Source: Candidatus Dojkabacteria bacterium (GTDB taxonomy: Bacteria > Patescibacteriota > Dojkabacteria > SC72). Taken from it: a DNA stretch of 64,000 bases. Both the position numbers and the translations under genes were made by a program. The stretch covers positions 2,581-66,580 of the forward strand of contig JAXGRK010000003.1 of the NCBI GenBank assembly GCA_040765985.1, given 5' to 3'. Below are positions 33,351 through 43,856 of the stretch, piece after piece (position 1 is the first letter of the stretch; every line of letters starts with the position of its first letter). The notes beneath the pieces were generated by a model. It saw only the letters and a list, made by a program, of their open reading frames with translations. It ran no database searches and was not told the DNA's origin.

Positions 33351-34591
33351 TTTACTTTTTTACCACCAAACATTTTTCTCATAAAGGCAGGCTTATCCAA
33401 AGGATCATCAAAATCCTCTTCAATATCTATTTTTTTAGCAGCACCTTTATAGAAATCATCTTCATCTTTATCATCATCACTTTCTTCTTGAATACTGATA
33501 ATTGGTTCTTCTTTCTCCTCTTTCTCATCAAACTCATCATCATTAACATCATCAAAACGAGAAGATGACACTGGTATCTCTCCTAATCCAAAAGCATCAT
33601 CATCATCTCCTTTCTGATGTTTTGTATATACCTGTTTCTTTTCATCAAAGCCAGTAGCTACAATTGTAATTACAATCTCTTCTCCTAAGGAAGGATCAAT
33701 TTGAGCACCAAATTTAATATTAGCAGAAGGATCAACTGCTTCTTGGATAAGTTCAGATACCATACTAATCTCAGGAAGTGTTAAATCAGAACCAACAATG
33801 TTATACAAGACACCCGTTGCCCCTTCGATTGACATATCTAAAAGAGGACTTGTTGTAGCTGCTCTAGCAGCCAACTCTGCTCTCTTTTCTCCACTTGCTC
33901 TACCAATACCCATTAGTGCAGTACCTGCGTTTTGCATAACACTTTTAGCATCATTAAAATCAGCATTTATATATCCAGTTTGACTTATCAAAGTAGAAAT
34001 ACTATTTACTCCCTCTGCTAGTACAGAATCAACCATTTTCATTGCCTCAATAAAGGATATATTAGCATCTGCGATTTCCAGTAATCTCTGGTTTGGAACA
34101 ACTATCAATGTATCAACTTTGTCTCTTAAGCTATTTATTCCTTCCTCTGCAATCTCTCTTCTTCTGTTACCCTCAAAATCAAATGGCTTAGTAACTACTG
34201 CTACAGTTAAGGCACCCATATTTTTTGCAACGCCTGCAATAATTGGAGCAGCACCTGTACCAGTTCCACCACCCATACCAGCTGTGATAAAGACCATATC
34301 TGCACCCTCTAGATGCTCCTGTATCTCATCTAAACTCTCTTCAGCTGATTGTGCACCTAACTCCTGATTACCCCCTACTCCTAACCCTTTAGTGAGGGTT
34401 TCACCTAACTGGAGCGTAATTGGAGCTTTTGATAGCTTTAGAGTTTGAGCATCAGTATTAAAGGCCATAAACTCAACTCCCGGAATATCATAATCCGTCA
34501 TCATGGTATTAATGGCATTGCATCCACCACCACCCACTCCTATCACTTTTATCTTAGCAACAGGATCTACATTTGTTGTTATTAAAGGCAT
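33344..34591 (-). CDS. ftsZ: cell division protein FtsZ with acidic C-terminal extension
   Basis: IKVIGVGGGGCNAINTM and FITAGMGGGTGTGAAPIIA (tubulin signature). Confidence 0.95.
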   Translation of the reverse strand: MPLITTNVDPVAKIKVIGVGGGGCNAINTMMTDYDIPGVEFMAFNTDAQTLKLSKAPITLQLGETLTKGLGVGGNQELGAQSAEESLDEIQEHLEGADMVFITAGMGGGTGTGAAPIIAGVAKNMGALTVAVVTKPFDFEGNRRREIAEEGINSLRDKVDTLIVVPNQRLLEIADANISFIEAMKMVDSVLAEGVNSISTLISQTGYINADFNDAKSVMQNAGTALMGIGRASGEKRAELAARAATTSPLLDMSIEGATGVLYNIVGSDLTLPEISMVSELIQEAVDPSANIKFGAQIDPSLGEEIVITIVATGFDEKKQVYTKHQKGDDDDAFGLGEIPVSSSRFDDVNDDEFDEKEEKEEPIISIQEESDDDKDEDDFYKGAAKKIDIEEDFDDPLDKPAFMRKMFGGKKVKW

Positions 34592-34626
34592 AGCTCTATT
34601 TAACTTAAATTTTATATCTGGGCAGT

Positions 34627-35916
34627 TTAAGGAATCAAAGATTTAAACCATTCTACTACTCTATTCTTAAAAGTTCCAACACTTTTACTCTTTCCTGTAT
34701 CTATTTCGGTCTCATCATCAATAGCGTATTTAATTAATCCCTGTACACAAGCAAAAGAAGGATCAGAAATCTCTTCAACCATACCACTTAAACCAGATGG
34801 ATATCCCACTCTAGCTGCAACCCCAAATACCTCTTGCGTAAACTTAGAGAGGTCTCTAAGAAGTGAAGAACCACCTGAGAGAACAATACCAGCAGGCATA
34901 TTTATTTTAAAACCAGCTTTCTGTACATTCTCTTTTGCCATATCAAATATCTCCTCACATCTTGCTTCGATAATGTTTTTAAGCATCTCTCTGGATACCC
35001 TCTTATCTGGGATATCTATTACAGACAAATCAATCTCATCCCCTTTTTTCAATTTTGGTTCCTCCTCATCTAACCTTCTTAATAGGGCAGGAGTAGAATC
35101 TGAAGATAGTTTTTTAGCTTTAGATTTATTTTCAAAAAGATCATTCATGTGTATCTTAATCTTTTCAGCATCCTCTAAAGATACCTGAAGACCAATAGCT
35201 ATATCACTTGTAATATTTATACCACCCAAAGGAACAGTACCGCTGTATATAATTGACCCCTCTTCAAATATTGAAATACTGGTAGTTCCAGCTCCAATAT
35301 CTAAAAGTGTTACACCTAACTCCTTTTCAGTATCAGTTAAAACAGATAAAGAGGAAGCCCAAGAGGTAAATACAACATCAAAAACATTTAAACCAAGCTG
35401 TTCAACACATTTCTTAAGATTTTGCCAATATGAATTAGGAGCAGTAATAATGTGAGTCTCTACTTCCAATCTTGTACCAGACATACCTATTGGATACTTA
35501 ATACCACCTTGATTATCAACAACAAACTCTCTAGGAATTATATGTATTGGATTTAGGTTATCAGGTAAAGAAAGTGTTCTAGCATTCTCAATAGCCCTAT
35601 ATGTATCATCTACAGTAATTTCAGCACTAGCTACTGCTACGACCCCTTTATTGTTTAAACTAGTAACTAATTCTCCATTGATAGAGACATATACATCTGA
35701 GACAGTAACCCCTGCCATTCTTTCAGCAGCCATTACACTTTCAGATATAGAGTTGGTAGCATCATCGATATTAACTACTACTCCCTTTTTAATACCCTTA
35801 CTTGGGTAGGAGCATACACCAATTACTGAAGGAGATTGATTATCCTCTACTGAGGATATCACTGTTGTAATCTTGGAAGACCCAACATCTATTGCTGTTA
35901 TTATTTTCCGTGCCAT
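34627..35916 (-). CDS. ftsA: cell division protein FtsA
   Basis: Intact 429 aa, actin-like ATPase: AIDVGSSKITTVI, LLDIGAGTTSISIF, GIVLSGGSS. Confidence 0.9.
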   Translation of the reverse strand: MARKIITAIDVGSSKITTVISSVEDNQSPSVIGVCSYPSKGIKKGVVVNIDDATNSISESVMAAERMAGVTVSDVYVSINGELVTSLNNKGVVAVASAEITVDDTYRAIENARTLSLPDNLNPIHIIPREFVVDNQGGIKYPIGMSGTRLEVETHIITAPNSYWQNLKKCVEQLGLNVFDVVFTSWASSLSVLTDTEKELGVTLLDIGAGTTSISIFEEGSIIYSGTVPLGGINITSDIAIGLQVSLEDAEKIKIHMNDLFENKSKAKKLSSDSTPALLRRLDEEEPKLKKGDEIDLSVIDIPDKRVSREMLKNIIEARCEEIFDMAKENVQKAGFKINMPAGIVLSGGSSLLRDLSKFTQEVFGVAARVGYPSGLSGMVEEISDPSFACVQGLIKYAIDDETEIDTGKSKSVGTFKNRVVEWFKSLIP

Positions 35917-36046
35917 ATTATTTAGGAGCAGTCAAATATTACTTAAATTAAAAACTATATTTTGTAATATAATATAGTCAAAAAAGAGCAATTTAGCAAG
36001 AACTATTTAATTGTTACAAAGTATTACTGTATTGTCAACATAATTA

Positions 36047-36820
36047 CTACTCAAAACGCATTACCGGTCTATCAAACCTAAGGTCTAAACGCTTGAATTC
36101 TATCATATCTTCATCAATTTTTTGACACACTATATACACCCTTGATAATTGAATATCCAAATCATAGGTAATATCAAAAACAAAAATATGTCCATTTGTA
36201 TCACTAATCGTCGCTATTCCATTACTAATTTCAACAGTATCTACGATATATTCAAATATTGAGAGAACTTTCTGAATACTACTAATCTCATCATAATAAA
36301 GTAGGCTCTCCCTACTTTCAATATAACTATCAGAAGTCAAGTATAACATCTCTACCCCTTTATTATCCTTACACTCCTTCTCACATTTTTCACAAACCTC
36401 AGATATCAATTCCCCATTATCAGCAAAAAGTAAACATTTATCAGAAGAGTATCCTAAATATTTAGGAACTAATTCTTCAATATATATATCCAATTTACTA
36501 GGTAATACTTTTTTAATAAATACATCCTTCACATATCCATTACTTTCATAAAGTTTTTCTTCAACCTTGGAAAGTGAAAGTACAAATATATTCTCATCAA
36601 GATACTCATGAAGATACGTATTTAAATCTTGTTCAGAAATATTGGTTAAGTTACTTTTTGAATAATTAAATGTCCTTACATTCCATAGACCAAATAAAAA
36701 TGTAAGTAAGAGAATAAAAAAGAAAACTAATATAGGGAGTATCTTTTTTAAAAACACAACCAAAGGTAATCTTTTTATTTTATTAACAACTGCTTCTCTA
36801 CTCCTAACTGATTCATTCAT
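36047..36820 (-). CDS. ftsQ: FtsQ-like (POTRA) cell division protein
   Basis: 257 aa, single N-terminal TM, with a POTRA-like segment. Lies immediately upstream of ftsA. Confidence 0.55.
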   Translation of the reverse strand: MNESVRSREAVVNKIKRLPLVVFLKKILPILVFFFILLLTFLFGLWNVRTFNYSKSNLTNISEQDLNTYLHEYLDENIFVLSLSKVEEKLYESNGYVKDVFIKKVLPSKLDIYIEELVPKYLGYSSDKCLLFADNGELISEVCEKCEKECKDNKGVEMLYLTSDSYIESRESLLYYDEISSIQKVLSIFEYIVDTVEISNGIATISDTNGHIFVFDITYDLDIQLSRVYIVCQKIDEDMIEFKRLDLRFDRPVMRFE

Positions 36821-36891
36821 AATTTAAGTTTATCTTAGCTAAATATCTAAATCAATTTTTAACAAATTAAATTATCTGATAATATGAATCT

Positions 36892-37511
36892 ATGTTAGAT
36901 TTTCTACTTACAAAAAGTTTAAACTTAATTATTGATCTAAAATATATTGGTCTATTCCTTGTCACATTAGGATTTCCTGTACCCATAGAAATGGTACTAG
37001 GCATTCTGGGTTCTAAGGGACATAACATATTACATATAGCACTTGTATCGGGTCTGGGTAGTGCATTGGGATTTCAATTTCCCTTTTACTTGGATATATC
37101 TTTACTATTAAGAATCCTGATAGCTGGTTAGGAAGCAAAACTAAGTTTTTTAATTTTGATAAAGCGAAAATTGAAAAAAATAGAAATAAAATCATTAAAC
37201 ATGGCTTTATATATATTGTAATAACAAGATTTCTACCTTGGCTAAGAGTTGTAACAAGTATGGCCGCTGGATTCTTTAGAGTAAATATCTTTATTCATTC
37301 ATTAGGAGTATTTCTCGGAATGTTTACATATTCAATAGTAGTTGCATATATAGGGGCAAATGTTGCCCAGGATACAAACAAGCTACTTGATTTTTTCAGA
37401 ACCTCTGACAAATTTATACTAATCCTAACCCTCCTATCAATAGCCATTTACCTTGGCTTTAGATTCAGACAACATATTGCGAAATTGATAATAAAAAGAT
37501 TCAAGAAGTAG
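36892..37511 (+). pseudogene. DedA-family membrane protein (second copy), frame-disrupted
   Basis: 36892..37131, a middle piece (KHGFIYIVITRFLPWLRVV) and 37260..37511 are collinear with the DedA topology. 2-3 breaks. Confidence 0.5.
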
Positions 37512-37514
37512 GAA

Positions 37515-37588
37515 AGCGAGAGACGGGGGTCGAACCCGCGACCTACACATTGGCAATGTGTCGTTCTAGCCAACTGAACTACTCTCGC
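37515..37588 (-). tRNA. tRNA-Gly (anticodon GCC)
   Basis: Reverse complement GCGAGAG TA GTTC..GAAC G ACACA TTGCCAA TGTGT AGGTC GCGGG TTCGACC CCCGT CTCTCGC T. Confidence 0.9.
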
Positions 37589-37589
37589 G

Positions 37590-37665
37590 TGGTGCCGAGA
37601 CCCAGATTTGAACTGGGGACCCCCTGTTCTTCAGACAGATGCTCTACCAACTGAGCTATCTCGGC
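37590..37665 (-). tRNA. tRNA-Phe (anticodon GAA), CCA encoded
   Basis: Reverse complement GCCGAGA TA GCTC AGTTGGTA GAGC A TCTGT CTGAAGA ACAGG GGGTC CCCAG TTCAAAT CTGGG TCTCGGC A CCA. Confidence 0.9.
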
Positions 37666-37679
37666 GTAAAATATAAAAA

Positions 37680-37708
37680 ATGATATCAAATATCTATATT
37701 GTAATCAA
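37680..37708 (-). promoter_or_regulatory. sigma70-like promoter for tRNA-Phe/tRNA-Gly (TTGATT-17-TATCAT)
   Basis: On the minus strand, TTGATT (37708-37703), 17 nt, then TATCAT (37685-37680), 14 nt upstream of the tRNA-Phe 5' end. Confidence 0.35.
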
Positions 37709-37715
37709 CAGTAAG

Positions 37716-38405
37716 CTAATCAAAAAGTACAACGGTACCTCTTTTACGTCTAAATGGATCTACTCTAGAACTTCGAATAAAGCCACCTGCTAAAATTAGT
37801 AGTATCCCCATTACAACCCCTATGATATTCATATCTATAGCTGTATCAGGAATATCTACACCCTCTCCTAAAGTAAATGTAGCAGATAACGGTCTTGAGT
37901 TTAGAATATTACCATCATTAGTAGATAAAATTACTGACATTAACTCTTCATCTTCACCAGTGTAATTGAAATCTAATATGACCGGTTTAGTATAGTCAGT
38001 TGTAACAATATCAAATTCTAACCTAGCGAACACATCAGGATCACCCTCTGTCACATAGTAAGGAATCGTCTCGATACTAGTCGTTGCGGAAGTTAACATT
38101 ACAATACCTTTAACATTATCTGTACTTATCTCATTTTCAACCCATTGTTCAAACAGATTATTGTTTCTATACGCTTTGCTTAATTTTACAATTTTGGGAT
38201 CGAATTTAATTACCGCCCTTGCTTTACTTACCTCATTCTCCCCAGAGTTAATTAAGATATCTACTGTAAAACCATCGTTAACATCTCTTACTACTCCACT
38301 AGAAGGATAGAAAGAAAAGGTCGCATCTGAAGCATATATTTTACCTGTAGAAATGGTAAGTATTAAAAAAAACAGTAATACCCCCCCTATCTTTTTCACT
38401 TTCAT
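37716..38405 (-). CDS. cohesin-domain-like secreted protein with C-terminal TM anchor
   Basis: Signal peptide MKVKKIGGVLLFFLILTIS (start more likely 38405 than 38441). FSFYPSSGVV...FTVDILINSGENEVSKARAVIKFDPKIVKL is cohesin-like. C-terminal TM plus RKRG. Confidence 0.5.
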   Translation of the reverse strand: MKVKKIGGVLLFFLILTISTGKIYASDATFSFYPSSGVVRDVNDGFTVDILINSGENEVSKARAVIKFDPKIVKLSKAYRNNNLFEQWVENEISTDNVKGIVMLTSATTSIETIPYYVTEGDPDVFARLEFDIVTTDYTKPVILDFNYTGEDEELMSVILSTNDGNILNSRPLSATFTLGEGVDIPDTAIDMNIIGVVMGILLILAGGFIRSSRVDPFRRKRGTVVLFD

Positions 38406-38450
38406 ATAAGTAGAATATACCACAAGTATATAATTTAGCATACATAAAAA

Positions 38451-39212
38451 ATGGAAACTCTTAAAGTACTAATACTAGGAATAGAGCAAGGAATTACAGA
38501 GCTATTACCAATCTCAAGTAGTGCACACCTACTAATTACTTCTCAAATTATTGATATTGAAATGGATACCTACTTTCTATCAGTATTACATTTAGGAACT
38601 ACAGTTGCATTGATACTTCATTTTTGGAATTTTCTTTTTAAAGAGATTCTTTCTAAAGCAAAATTATCAATCTATTTGAAAATCATCATTTCAACCATAC
38701 CTGCAGGTATTATTGGATTCTTTTTGAATCCGTAATTGAGAAAATTTAAGAGGAAATTTAATTATATCTCTCTCTTTAATCTTTTGGGGAATAGTTATGA
38801 TAATTATTGAAAGAAAACATAGTATTAAAGAGCAGGATTTACAAGAAATTACTTGGAAACAATCATTAGCCATGGGATTAGGCCAAATATTTGCATTCAT
38901 ACCAGGCGGTTCAAGATCTGGAATCTCAACAATAGTTGGTGTTTTCACTGGAGTAAATAAATATACAGCACTTCAATACTCTTTCCTTCTTGGAATGCCA
39001 CTTTCTATTTGTTTGCTCCAATATATGTAATTCTAAAAGAATACCCCGAGAGAACTCTAAATACTCAAGATTTAGTAGGGATATTAGTAGCAGGAATATT
39101 AACCTATCTCTCTATATCTTTGATTAAAAAGTTTAGTAAAAGAAATTGGTTAACTTTCTTTGGAATATATAGAATTATTTTTGGCTTAAGTATATTGTTC
39201 TTCCTACTTTAA
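38451..39212 (+). pseudogene. uppP: undecaprenyl-diphosphate phosphatase (BacA/UppP), frame-disrupted
   Basis: GITELLPISSSAHLLI (UppP motif) in 38451..38735. FIPGGSRSGISTIVG in 38797..39030. The tail is 39009..39212. Confidence 0.8.
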
Positions 39213-39244
39213 AAACATTTCTTAAATCAACACCTGTCATACTT

Positions 39245-40827
39245 TCAGGGAGTATTTAATCCAATGAGACCTAAGCAGGTAGGAGCAACATCAGCAAGTA
39301 ATCCAGTTGTTTTAGCATTTATTCCTGTACCCACCTTTAGTAAATTAGTACCTGCTTTTGGAGTAATATTACTCATCTCTGAAAGAATTGTTAAAGGTAC
39401 AGGATTGTTTGTATATGAGAAATATCTGGTTCTTTTGTTACCCCTATTTACCATAGTCTCACAATTCCGTGATCTGCTGTAATTATCATAGCCCCTCCCA
39501 TGGAAGAGTAATCTTTGCAATATCAGCAGACAAACTATCTATAATTTCATTACCCTGCACAGTTGGTAGAAACTCTCCCGTGTGACCCAACATATCTGGG
39601 TTAGCAAAATTGATAACGATGAATTTATAATTGAAAGCACTCATTGCCCTTATCCTTTTTACCACCTCATCCCTAATTATTGGAGCACTCATTGCAGGCA
39701 TAGTTGCATAGTTTTCTACCTTTGGGGAAGGAATAATAAAAAAGTCTTCTCCTTTATGTGCCAATTCAATACCGCCATTAAAAAAATATGTAACATGCAT
39801 CTGTTTTTCAGTTTCACTAATATGTAATTGATTAAACCATTTTCTGAAAGCACTTCAGCAATTGGCTTTTCAATTTTTTTAGGAGGAAAGATAACATGCG
39901 CGTTAATTCCCTCTTCATAACCAGTCATAGTAATTAAATACAAATTCTCTGGATAGTTGATTCTAGTAAAAATTAAACTCTGGAGATATGAATGCCTTAC
40001 TTAATTCTCTAGCACGATCCTCTCGAGAATTCCAAAAAAGTAAAACATCATTACTTTTAATTGCACCAACTGGAATTCCTTTTTCATCTACCCTAGTTCT
40101 TGGTTTAAAAAATTGGTCTGTTTCGTTGTTAGCATACGCTTTTTGAAGAGAAAGAACAGCATCTCTAAAACTTTCCTGAGACACTCCCACCATAGCATCG
40201 TAAGACATTTTAATCCTTTCCCATCTACTATCCCCTATCCCATACCAAAAAATCTCCCCTGCCGACAATCCTTCCTACACCTAACTCTAATCTTCTCATT
40301 CAATTTGTTAAGATACAAGAAACCATCCTTAGGTGGTGTATCCCTACTGCATCTAAAATGATATGAATAAAAGGGTCAATTCCATTAACCTTACAGATAT
40401 CTAATAAAGAAAAAAGATGTTTAATATGACCATGTACCCCTGCTGCACTAAGTACACCCACTAGATGCATATTTGATTTTCTTTTCTTTAATTCTAAAAA
40501 AGCATCTCTTAAAACAGAGTTTGTATCTAATTCGTGAGCAGAGATTGCATCATTAATTCTTAGTAAAGATTGATATACTACCTGACCAGCACCTAAATTA
40601 ACATGACCGACCTCAGAGTTACCCGGTTCTTCTGCAGGTAAACCAACATAGGTTCCCGAGGCATTTATCAATGTAGACCTTCCATACGTCCAAGCTGTAT
40701 CTAAAAAGGGTGTTTTTGCAGCTAATACAGCATTACCTTCTAAATCAGGATGCACACCAAATCCATCTAAGACAAGTAGAGAGAACAACAAAGTTTCTCT
40801 TTTCTGCTTGTAACATATTTTTAACAT
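39245..40827 (-). pseudogene. gpmI: 2,3-bisphosphoglycerate-independent phosphoglycerate mutase (divergent copy 2), frame-disrupted
   Basis: Fragments 40300..40848 (GNSEVGHVNLGAG), 39963..40268, 39716..39943, 39486..39800 (ANPDMLGHTG) and 39245..39520 (ADVAPTCLGLIG), with IITADHG at a junction. At least 4 frame changes. Confidence 0.8.
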
Positions 40828-40910
40828 CTTCAGGGCTCTTTTTTGCATTTAAACCAAACACTTAGATTGTATGAGTATTTTTTTAATTAGAATTAGTATA
40901 ATATACAAGA

Positions 40911-41991
40911 ATGGAAAAAATTAGTAAAAGAAATATTGATCTACTGATTCAAAAGTACTTGATATAAAAGAATCTTTAAATATAGATTCTAAAATTGAAA
41001 TTCTTAAACAGTTAGAACTTGATAGTAGTGCAACAGATTTCTGGAAAAACCAAGAGAACGCTCAAAACGTTCTCTCACAAATATCAGATATAAAAGATGA
41101 AATAAATAAAATTGATTCTTTAAACAATTCTCTTAACTCATTGAAATCTATAGTAGAGAACACTTCAGAGGAAGAAAGAAGAATTACTTTTAGAAGAGTA
41201 CGAACTTTAAAACAGGAGATATTACATTTTTGAATCCCTTAAATTCCTCTCTGGGAAATACGATTATTGTAACGCAATCATATCAATACACTCTGGACAG
41301 GGAGGAACAGAAGCAAATGACTGGGCAAAAATGCTCTTTAGAATGTATACAATGTATATAGATAGAAAAGGTTGGAGTTATACAGTAACAAATATCTTAA
41401 AGGGAAATGAAGTAGGTATTTCTACAGTTACTTTCGAAATTAAAGGTAAATACTCATATGGACTGCTTAAGAAAGAACACGGCACTCATAGATTAGTACG
41501 CCTATCACCATTTAATTCTCAGAATCTGAGACAAACTTCCTTTGCAGGAGTAGAAGTCTTACCCTACTAGAACTGTTGAATAAGGATATTGAAATTCCAG
41601 ATAGTGATATTGATTTTAAAGCAACCAAATCTGGTGGACCTGGAGGACAAAATGTTAACAAGACATTCTCTGCAGTACAGATAACTCATATTCCTACAGG
41701 TATAACGGTACACTGTTCAGAGGAGAGGAGTCAATTACAAAACAGAGAGAAAGCAATGCAAATATTAAAAGCAAAGTTATGGAAGATATTAGAAGAGAAT
41801 AGATTAAAAGAAATTTCAGATATTAAGGGAGATTACAAAGTAGCTGGCTGGGGTAATCAAATACGAAATTATGTATTACATCCATATAAATTGGTAAAAG
41901 ATTTAAGAACGGGAGTTGAAAGTACCAAGCGGAACATATCTTAGATGGAAATATTGAAGAGTTCCTTGAAGCCCAGCTTAGAATACAGTAA
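40911..41991 (+). pseudogene. prfB: peptide chain release factor 2, frame-disrupted
   Basis: [28 protein letters not shown] (SPF motif) and [16 protein letters not shown] (GGQ). About 6 breaks. The first one, at the A4 run 40951-40954, is not the canonical +1 site. Confidence 0.85.
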
Positions 41992-42023
41992 TATATACGG
42001 TAACTAAACTGTACATACTGCTC

Positions 42024-42934
42024 ATGATTATTTTTGATACTGTCACAAAGAAATATAAAGAAAGTATTACTGCATTAGAAGATGTTTCTTTAGAATAGAT
42101 TCTAGGAGAGTTCTGTTTTGTTGGTCCTTCTGGCGCTGGTAAGTCCACTATCATGAAATTGTTAATCAGAGAAGAGATCTACATCCAAGGTAGTATATTT
42201 TCCAATGATATTGAGGTACCAAACTTAATAGACGTTTACTACCATCTTACAGACAGAAATTAGGAGTTGTTTTCAAGATATTAAATTACTTTCAACTAAA
42301 ACTTTAGAAGAAAATATTGCATTTGCATTAGAGATCCTTGATAAAAGTAATAAAGAAATTAAGGACACAACAGATTATCTCTTAGATCTAGTTGGATTAA
42401 GAGATAGGAGAAACCCTCTTCCCTATAGAACTTTCTGGTGGTGAACAGCAAAGAGGAGCAATTGCGAGGGCACTTGCAAATAAACCAGACCTTTTCATTG
42501 CAGATGAACCAACAGGCAATTTAGATTCTGTTAATGCCCAACAGATATTACAAATATTAAAAACAATTAATAACAGTGGAACTACTGTGATGGTAATATC
42601 CCACGATATGAATTTAATCAATAACTCGAAAGATAGAACTATAAATATAAAAGATGGAAAACTTAACTCTGATACTAATGCGAAAGAGATAACTAAACCG
42701 ATTGCAAAAAAAGAAAGTACTACAAAAGAAAAAAGATCCATTGAATTATCTAAAGAGTTTGAATCCTTGAGTAAATCCCTAAAAGAAAAACTAAAGAAAT
42801 TCGCTATCAAATCTCCAGACATATTACTTAATATTACTAATTCAGAATTAAAAGATATGAAACTTTCGTCCAAAGAGAATAAAGAATTAGGAGAGTTTGT
42901 TAAAAAATATTTAAATACAAATAAAAATGAATAA
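42024..42934 (+). pseudogene. ftsE: cell division ATP-binding protein FtsE with about 88-aa C-terminal extension, frame-disrupted
   Basis: MIIFDTVTKKYKE, GPSGAGKSTIMKLL (Walker A), LSGGEQQRGAIARAL (on the plus strand, read across frames) and TVMVISHD. The Lys/Glu-rich tail in 42587..42934 overlaps the ftsX ATG. Confidence 0.8.
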
Positions 42935-43856
42935 TATAAGAGTATTTTCTGTTACAAAGAAAAATATTAAGAGAAATAAATGGTTAACTATATCAACTAT
43001 TATTGTTGCATCTATTGTATTTACCTTATCCTCTATCTTTATTTCTGCTTCCATTCTAACCCAGAGGGTAGTTGAATATTACGAACAAAGAGCTCAAGTA
43101 ATTGTCTTTTTTAAAAAGGGTACTACAGAAGAAGACATTATTAAATTTAGAGATTTAATAAATGATAAAGATTTGGTCGAAGAGATAAATTATGTATCAC
43201 AGGAAGATGCATTAGAGATATATAAGGAAGATTTTAAAGATAATCCTGATTTAATATCTACTGTTACGGCAGATTCGCTGCCTGCCAGTTTAGAAATTAG
43301 AGCTAAAAATATTGACTCCCTACTTCTTACTATTGAGAATATAAATAAGGTAAAAGAAACAGACCCTAATGTAGATGAGGTAATGTACTTTAAAGATGTA
43401 GTTGATAATATGAAAACACTTTCCAGAATTATTAACATTGGCTCAATAGTACTAATTAGTGCAATGGCTCTTGTCACAATCTCCCTTATTAGAGTAACAA
43501 TAGGGTTTAATATTAAGATTCACCAAGAGGAAATAGAAATTATGCATCTAGTAGGAAGCTCTGATAAGTTTATACGTACTCCATTCCTTTTAGAAGGAAC
43601 CTTTTACGGTTTTATAGGAGGGTTACTCTCAGCACTATGTGTATTGATTCCTTGGTATGTTGTAATCTCATACACGAAGGGTACTGATTTTTCATACTGG
43701 ATAGATCAGTTATTAGTTGATATAAACCTTCCATTCTTAGCAGAGATTAGTATTACCTTTATTTTAATATTTCTACTTATCCATGTCCTCATCGGTTCAC
43801 TGTTTGGTTTTGCAAGTAGTTACTCTGCTGTTAAAAAATATTTAAAAGAAGATTAA
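42927..43856 (+). CDS. ftsX: cell division permease FtsX
   Basis: Intact 309 aa with the FtsX extracellular domain and the IEIMHLVGSSDKFIRTPFLLEG motif. Confidence 0.85.
   Translation: MNNIRVFSVTKKNIKRNKWLTISTIIVASIVFTLSSIFISASILTQRVVEYYEQRAQVIVFFKKGTTEEDIIKFRDLINDKDLVEEINYVSQEDALEIYKEDFKDNPDLISTVTADSLPASLEIRAKNIDSLLLTIENINKVKETDPNVDEVMYFKDVVDNMKTLSRIINIGSIVLISAMALVTISLIRVTIGFNIKIHQEEIEIMHLVGSSDKFIRTPFLLEGTFYGFIGGLLSALCVLIPWYVVISYTKGTDFSYWIDQLLVDINLPFLAEISITFILIFLLIHVLIGSLFGFASSYSAVKKYLKED

Noticed and set aside
11712-40827. The two gpmI copies as an assembly duplication artefact
   Set aside because: The protein sequences differ at most positions outside the catalytic motifs and lie on opposite strands in different neighbourhoods. 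They are true paralogs, or one was horizontally acquired.
40911-41991. Canonical programmed +1 frameshift of prfB
   Set aside because: The first break (A4 run at 40951-40954) requires a -1/+2 shift, which is fixed by adding one A. There is no CUU UGA slippery-stop context, and several further breaks occur downstream. It looks like the same indel noise. This RF2 may simply lack the autoregulatory frameshift.
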